NCBI RefSeq assembly: GCF_016433145.1
Contig: NC_058131.1
Span: 160,041,522 to 160,105,406, forward strand
Direction: 5' to 3'
Length of the DNA: 63,885 nucleotides
Origin: Gracilinanus agilis
Lineage: Eukaryota
Shown here: one piece after another, positions 58,901 to 63,885 of the stretch
Numbering within the stretch: position 1 is the first letter of the stretch
How the letters are laid out: every line of letters begins with the position of its first letter
Position numbers and translations under genes: made by a program
The notes under the pieces: generated by a model
What the model was told of the DNA's origin: nothing
What the model saw: only the letters and a program-made list of their open reading frames with translations
The model's database searches: none

Positions 58901-61900
58901 CTTGGCTATTATTAGAGCTAAAACTGACTGGGTGTTGATACTAAATCCAGCATTTATATAATGAGTCCTGAGGAAGACAGGGCCATTAGGTTGCCTAAGG
59001 AAGGATGAACTACTTCAGGTTGGAAAGAGAGTCAGTTAAACTTCCATTCTAATCAGTAGTAGGATTAGTCAAGTGGGGCTATATTTCCAGGCCATGTAAA
59101 ATACAGAGACCTAGTCTCAAAAAAAGGATAAAGCTCTAAACTTTGGTTATAAACAAAATCTCCTGAAGAGACTAAGATGGTCAGGGAGCCAGTTAATGCT
59201 CTGGAGCTTGGGAGGTATAGACTTGTTATAATTATTAGTGTGGCAAGATACTCTAACAAGCCTCTAAGATTGGTACTATGTATTTAGAATTGGAAGAGAC
59301 TTTAGAGGTAGTCTAACACAAATCCCTTAATTTTACAGATGCAGAAACTGATGTCCAGAAAGAATAAATGATTTGCCTATGGTTATAGGTTGTGATAAAA
59401 GTGGAATTTGAACCCAGGTCCTCTGACTCCAAATCCAATAGTCTTCCTACTATACCAGGCTGTCTCTTGTAATTACAATTTAAATTATGAGGCTGTTAGC
59501 TTTTTAATGGCTTTATTACAGCAAAATAGAGATAGTAAAAAATAGGGAAAAGGATTCCTTCAGTTAAGTGAGCAGAGCACAAGAGCTAGAGACTCACACC
59601 TGCCACACCTTAACTAAAACAAGGCTCAAGCTTCTAAAAAAGAGCCCCGTGATGTGTGGGTCTCAGCCAAATTGATCTCCCAAGCACCTTTATGTCAAAT
59701 GAGGACGTATTTAAAAGGATGCTGGGAATTTTGCTCAGCTGCAGCAAATTTTCCACCTCCACACTCTCAAGGAGGTACATGATGAAGAGCAACTAAAGAA
59801 GGTGCTCAAGTTTCTTCCCAGAAGAATGCTAGCTCTTTGAAAGCAGACAATATTTTTCATTTTGTCTTTATATCTCTGATTCCTTGCATATAGTAGAAAT
59901 TTAATGTTTGCTACATTGAACTACCCCTAAATAGAAAGAACTATTAACATACCTCAAATTATTTACATTTCCCCCAAATATATAAGGCAGAACCCAACTT
60001 TCAGTCTCACCTGTTTTAGTAAGTTGCACGAGAGAGTGAAGATATCAAATAATGATGAATCTCGGAAAGATGAGGCTATTTTTCTATGTTTGGTCAGAGG
60101 ATGGGTGGTGTCTGCCTGTGCAAAAAAGTGAATGAACCCGATGCAAATTTAGAATCCATTATCAAAAAACAAACAGGTAAAAAACTTTAAGTATTTAAGA
60201 AAATATTAACTCCCTCCTCACATGTTTTCAAACATGTGAGTTTGAAAACAGTACTTTGAATTATAGTCTATATTTTAAAACTTATATGACCTTTTATCAT
60301 GAGGAACAAATAAGGGAAAACAGTGGAAGCTTCAAGTAATCAAAAAGGAAATTGCTTTAGATTTTATGAAGAAACACAAGAAGAGCTGATTTGAAGAAAT
60401 GACATGGAAGAAAAATTTTTTTCATTTAACTTAGATAATATTACTAAATTAACAGCTAATAATTCCTATTAGGTATAGCTGAATATAAAAAAATAGACAT
60501 TGTAGCTACATTTATATTTCAATGGATCAACTCCCAAGTGCTAAATTTATTATTTAACTTGGAAATATATCAGTTCCAGTTCAAGTCCCAGTTCATTTTG
60601 ATATGTTCCTCATCTGAACACGCCTAACACTAATTGCTGTAGTAAACTACATTGTATTTATATATACAAAATACTTTAATAATTCAAGAATTTGTGATTA
60701 AGTCAGTGTAAGAACTCCTCCTGCCCCCAGACTTTGCCTGAAATCCTTCTAAAGATTAACAAATAGTCCTGGAATTACTGAAACCAACAATTTTATCAGT
60801 CTTGGCCAACCCAGTGACAATATTTTCTGACTCAGGTAGGCTAGTCCTTAGATAGGAGAAATAGAATCTGTCATCATGCCCTACTCAAAACCCAACTTGA
60901 CAGAAGAACATGAAAGAATTTATGTTCCACTAAGCATAGCCTTTTAGCCTGGGATCCATCCTTTCTATGCCATAATGAGGCATTAAAGTAAGACTTTTCC
61001 TTTAGTGGTCTATATCATATATGACTTTATTAAATACTGTTATGTTTCTCTCATTGATTTCCCCAATTAACTTTACTTTAGGCCAGGACTGTTCCTTCTG
61101 CTTCTTTTGAATATGCAAGAGCACTAAGAGACAAGCATGTAGATTACGCTACTACTGTACATCTTCAATAACCCATTGCTTTCCTAGAAATTGCTCTGGA
61201 ATTTCAGAGTACTCCCATTAGCTATGTCCCAAAGAAACCTGTTTTGTTTTGGCCCCACTAAGAGGGTCACATAGCAATTATTTTTAGGAAAAGGAAAACA
61301 AGTCATGAAACTCCTTAACAATTTGTTCTAAGTGGGGGAGTTGATGTAGAATAAAAAATCACCTGAAAATGTATATAGATAACAGAAAAGCTCTTTACAT
61401 ATTATCTCATTTGATGTTGAAAACACTTAAATGTTTCAAACAATATATTGCTGGATTACACAAAATATATAATTTACTATTTTTAAATGTGAGGTGGAAC
61501 TCCATTATGCACCATATGTTTAAATATGAAGCATGAGTTGTGTGTGACTTCATGATTTCTGAAGGTAAGGCAATAAAATTTGTGGAAACACTTTAAATGG
61601 CTCACAGAACTTCAAATTCAAAGGGGACTCAAGAGATTTCACCTTTATACAGAGAAGTTAAGCTATTTAACCCCAAGGTCACACTGCCAACTCTGGAGTC
61701 AATATGTTAAAATTTAAGTGGAGAATCCAGGAAAATTTGTATGCTAGCTCAGATAACTCATGCTCACCTTCTACTAATCATAATAGGAACCGCATGCAAC
61801 AAAACATGATACAGACTTTAGTAGACCGTAAACTGAAAAACTTAAATCACTAACTTAAGTTAGATTTTCTCAGAACCAGGGTTAATAAAAATGTCTGCAA

Positions 61901-63695
61901 AAGTATAAGCAATAGCATGATTAATATAATTAATCTGTTGACAATCTAAAGGAGGCATACAACTAATATTAATTAACAATGGCCTATTTATCTAACTAGA
62001 AAAATTAGAATTCATTTTCCATTAGCAAATTCTGGCTAGGTCCCAAGGTAAAGGGCAGAAAAAACATTTCCTTTAAAATAATTTGTGACATCAATTAACA
62101 TAGCCATTTTCCCCTAGTGTTTTTACAATTATTTGGTACATAACAGATTATTTTATGTATTCTTAAAATGTTGTGGGCAATAACTTTAATAATGAATAAT
62201 GGGTATAGGAATAGAGGAAGCACCCAAAGGATGCTAGCAAGGATTTGGTGACTCATATTGTCAGACCGAATTGCTTTCATTGGCAAGATGCTGCTAACAA
62301 AGAACAGCTTGCTTTAGCATCATGGCTCTTATCTTTAACAATGAACATTAATATCAATAAGGAAACCAGAAAAGCAGAGTCCAGTATTTGGAAAAAGAGA
62401 GAGGAATGTGGTGATGGGAGAAAGGTTGTGCATGTAGAGAAAAAGCCAACCAATTAATTCTGTTCCAGAAATGACATTAATCACTTACCGCAAAAGCACA
62501 CAACTGCCAAAAAGATCATCCCACACACAGCAGAAAACACCAATACTAAAGAAAAAAATAGAACACTTACTTCAATGAGGAAGGCTGTAGCACTTACTTG
62601 ATTAATTTCATTGGTTAGCTGAGATAGAATGGTCACTCCGATGATGCAGTGTTCAACACTATCCTGGTGGGAAATAGAAGGCAACAAAGGTTGGCTTTGT
62701 GCTTATTGTTGTTACTTTGTATTTGGGACAGAGGGTCTGCATGGGAACTTCAAGTGCTAAAGCTACTACAAGAAATGATCTAGATAGGTGATTAGTAATG
62801 TTCCTGAGAAAGCTACTGATGATACCTCAGCACAGTAAAATAATTTGATTTATAGAGAATGAGGGAGAAGTGCCAAAGTATCAAAAAACAATCTCACCTG
62901 TAAAAACCTTGTGACATCTGTGATTACATTTCTGAAGACATATTCATCCTTCTGACAGTCAAACCAACCCAGCTTTGTAATTCGAGCATATAACTGAATA
63001 AGTGCTTGGGTCACAAAAGTAGCCAGCTTTGGCCGAGTGGCAAGGTAGTTGAGCACATAGTTCCCTACAAGACAAAAACAATAAGTGTGATTGTAGACAT
63101 CAGCAAATAGTGATCATTTTTTAGAATGACTAGATGTTCACAGAATTATGAATTTGAATGTTAATTCTAAAATCTCTCATTCTTATTTTATTTTTTAAAT
63201 AGTATCTAGATATCAGAAGAGAGGCTCTCCAGATTTATGAAATCTTATGCATATACAGTTTTATACTATTTGCAGGAAAACATAATAGTAGGCATTCCTA
63301 GGCAGTTAAAAGAAAATGTCCTCGAAGAAAGTATAAAACCTTTACCAATATATTCCTTATTTATTAATGCCTATAAAGACTGAATTAAAGGAGAAAATCT
63401 CAGATAAAGAAGAGGAAGCATTTACAAAATTCATTTCACAAATACACATCTCTATTTGTTCTTACCATTTATAAAGGTCTTCATAATCTAATGTGAAGCA
63501 ATTTTCAGAACATTACCAAGCAAAGATGTGAATTTAGCTACTGCTCAGTTGTACTACTAAAATACATTTCTTTGCTTTATCATGGAAAATTCTGTACTTA
63601 CGAATGTCTATCCGTTGTTCCAACGGCAAAGGGTTGTTTGTACGTGATACAAGCTTTGTAAGGCATGTAGCTGCCAGTAACTGGGAATATGATGA
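28976..63695 (-). CDS. XPO7: Exportin-7, 5'-partial (human-equivalent exons 3-28, 1032 aa). Exons 63695-63602, 63064-62898, 62663-62598, 60115-60011, 57280-57115, 56498-56425, 55301-55182, 53348-53202, 49484-49312, 47953-47760, 47294-47189, 44549-44414, 43970-43897, 42818-42738, 42096-42033, 41547-41439, 40938-40832, 38661-38573, 37476-37369, 36382-36300, 35622-35408, 33723-33585, 31966-31806, 31033-30935, 29814-29687, 29069-28976
   Basis: 26 exons total 3099 nt in one frame and translate to near-identical XPO7, from [27 protein letters not shown] to [30 protein letters not shown]. One intron is AT-AC and the rest are GT-AG. Confidence 0.99.
32342..32885 (-). mobile_element. Cluster of three same-orientation SINE1_Mdo-like copies (~32342-32522, 32535-32668, 32695-32885)
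   Basis: Three successive gacttgcccaggg...gaacctagg...ccactgagc blocks. Confidence 0.85.
33770..35330 (+). mobile_element. Old fragmented LINE-1 interrupted by a MIR/MAR1 SINE (~34545-34770)
   Basis: A-rich ORF2-like remnants (cacctcacattc...ttctttgatccaagg...gcattctttgtagtgg...gctggacagattgtggtatatgaat). Boundaries approximate. Confidence 0.6.
37477..38572 (-). other. XPO7: U12-type GT-AG intron of XPO7 (intron 20)
   Basis: Donor GTATCCTG and branch-site-like TTTCCTTAGC (37499-37490) about 15 nt before the AG. Confidence 0.85.
38180..38378 (-). mobile_element. SINE1_Mdo-like SINE
   Basis: Reverse complement of a full-length copy. Confidence 0.85.
39739..39943. mobile_element. Non-autonomous hAT (Charlie-like) DNA transposon/MITE, 205 bp
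   Basis: 16-bp TIRs CAGCGATGGGCAAACT / AGTTTGCCCATCACTG (1 mismatch) and a perfect 8-bp TSD AACTAGGA at 39731-39738 and 39944-39951. Confidence 0.95.
42097..42737 (-). other. XPO7: U12-type AT-AC intron of XPO7 (intron 16, 641 nt)
   Basis: Donor ATATCCTTTT, branch site TTCCTTGAC (42126-42118), terminal AC. The reading frame is restored only with these ends (GG|G TAC). Confidence 0.95.
42972..43127. other. Assembly gap (156 N), XPO7 intron 15
   Basis: Run of n. Confidence 1.
44966..45363 (-). mobile_element. Two tandem SINE1_Mdo-like copies; the second spans the assembly gap at 45218-45345 (128 N)
   Basis: SINE 3' end on the left of the gap and SINE 5' head (ctactcagctgtcccc) on the right. 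Confidence 0.8.
46345..46541 (-). mobile_element. SINE1_Mdo-like SINE next to an (ATT)n tract
   Basis: Full-length reverse-complement copy. Confidence 0.85.
46544..46904 (+). mobile_element. Probable solo ERV LTR (~360 bp), antisense to XPO7
   Basis: TGTTA...TAACA termini, with internal ACTACATTTCCC, TGACGTC, TTTAAATA and ATTAAA in LTR order. No TSD recognised. Confidence 0.6.
49810..51230 (+). mobile_element. Decayed L2 LINE, ~1.4 kb 3' portion
   Basis: ttgctaaatccaaaggccttttctcagtcttcattcttcttgacctctc... through ...gcatagtgcctagtacatagtagatacttaataaatac (L2 3' end). Confidence 0.75.
51987..52123 (-). mobile_element. Partial SINE1_Mdo-like SINE
   Basis: Poly-T then aaaccaaggcagaagag...gacttgcccagggtcacacagctaggaagtgtct. 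Confidence 0.8.
53456..53840. mobile_element. Tc1/mariner (Tigger-like) MITE containing a (TA)n tract and an internal hairpin
   Basis: TA|CAGTGATTCCTCGCCTAT at the left end and a decayed complement ATAGCAAGGGATGACTA|TA at the right end. Confidence 0.6.
54615..55040 (-). mobile_element. Old hAT MITE interrupted by a SINE1_Mdo-like insertion (54773-54983) with a 16-bp TSD
   Basis: TIR-like GTTTGACATCACTG at the right end, and CCATAAGGATTCTTAT duplicated at 54757-54772 and 54984-54999. Confidence 0.7.
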
Positions 63696-63885
63696 CTGTG
63701 AAAGCAAATCAAGAAAGTCTTGAGTTTCAAAATGAAAGTTCACCTGGTAAATCAGGAGAAGACTTTTTTTTATTTATTCTATTTATTTATTGTTCAATTC
63801 TGCTTTTAAAGTAATAAATTTTGATACATTTTAATCTTAGAAAATTCATATAGCATATAATTCTAAGGATAAACAAATACACTAA

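Noticed and set aside
60796-60877. C/D-box snoRNA candidate on the XPO7 strand (ATGATGA...CTGA...CTGA, 82 nt)
   Set aside because: No terminal stem, no convincing C' box, no rRNA or snRNA complement that I recognise, and it lies in repeat-like sequence. An Infernal/snoscan run would settle it.

Overview
Marsupial genomic DNA, most likely a didelphid opossum, judged from the many ~190-bp SINE1_Mdo-like and MAR1/MIR-like SINEs. The region is syntenic with human 8p21.3. I reconstructed four spliced genes by hand, all with consistent exon phases and open frames. FGF17 (minus) has a complete CDS of 5 exons and 217 aa. NPM2/nucleoplasmin-2 (minus) has 8 coding exons and 210 aa, plus a 3'-UTR intron. 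PBDC1/CXorf26 (plus) has 6 exons and 179 aa. XPO7 (minus) is present from human-equivalent exon 3 to exon 28 (1032 aa), with its 5' end outside the window. The most notable observation is an intact, intron-containing PBDC1 between NPM2 and XPO7, whereas eutherian PBDC1 is X-linked. It is head-to-head with NPM2 and tail-to-tail with XPO7, and the two convergent genes appear to share a bidirectional poly(A) site. Other notable items: two U12-type introns in XPO7 (one AT-AC), a dense GATA/KLF motif cluster and CpG island between NPM2 and FGF17, a duplicated splice donor in FGF17, a hAT MITE with perfect target-site duplications, a probable solo LTR and a 27-bp perfect hairpin. I found no CRISPR array, rRNA gene or real tRNA gene. 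I cannot show a wholly new biological system. All regulatory and isoform claims are sequence-based hypotheses, and repeat family names come from recall rather than a database search.
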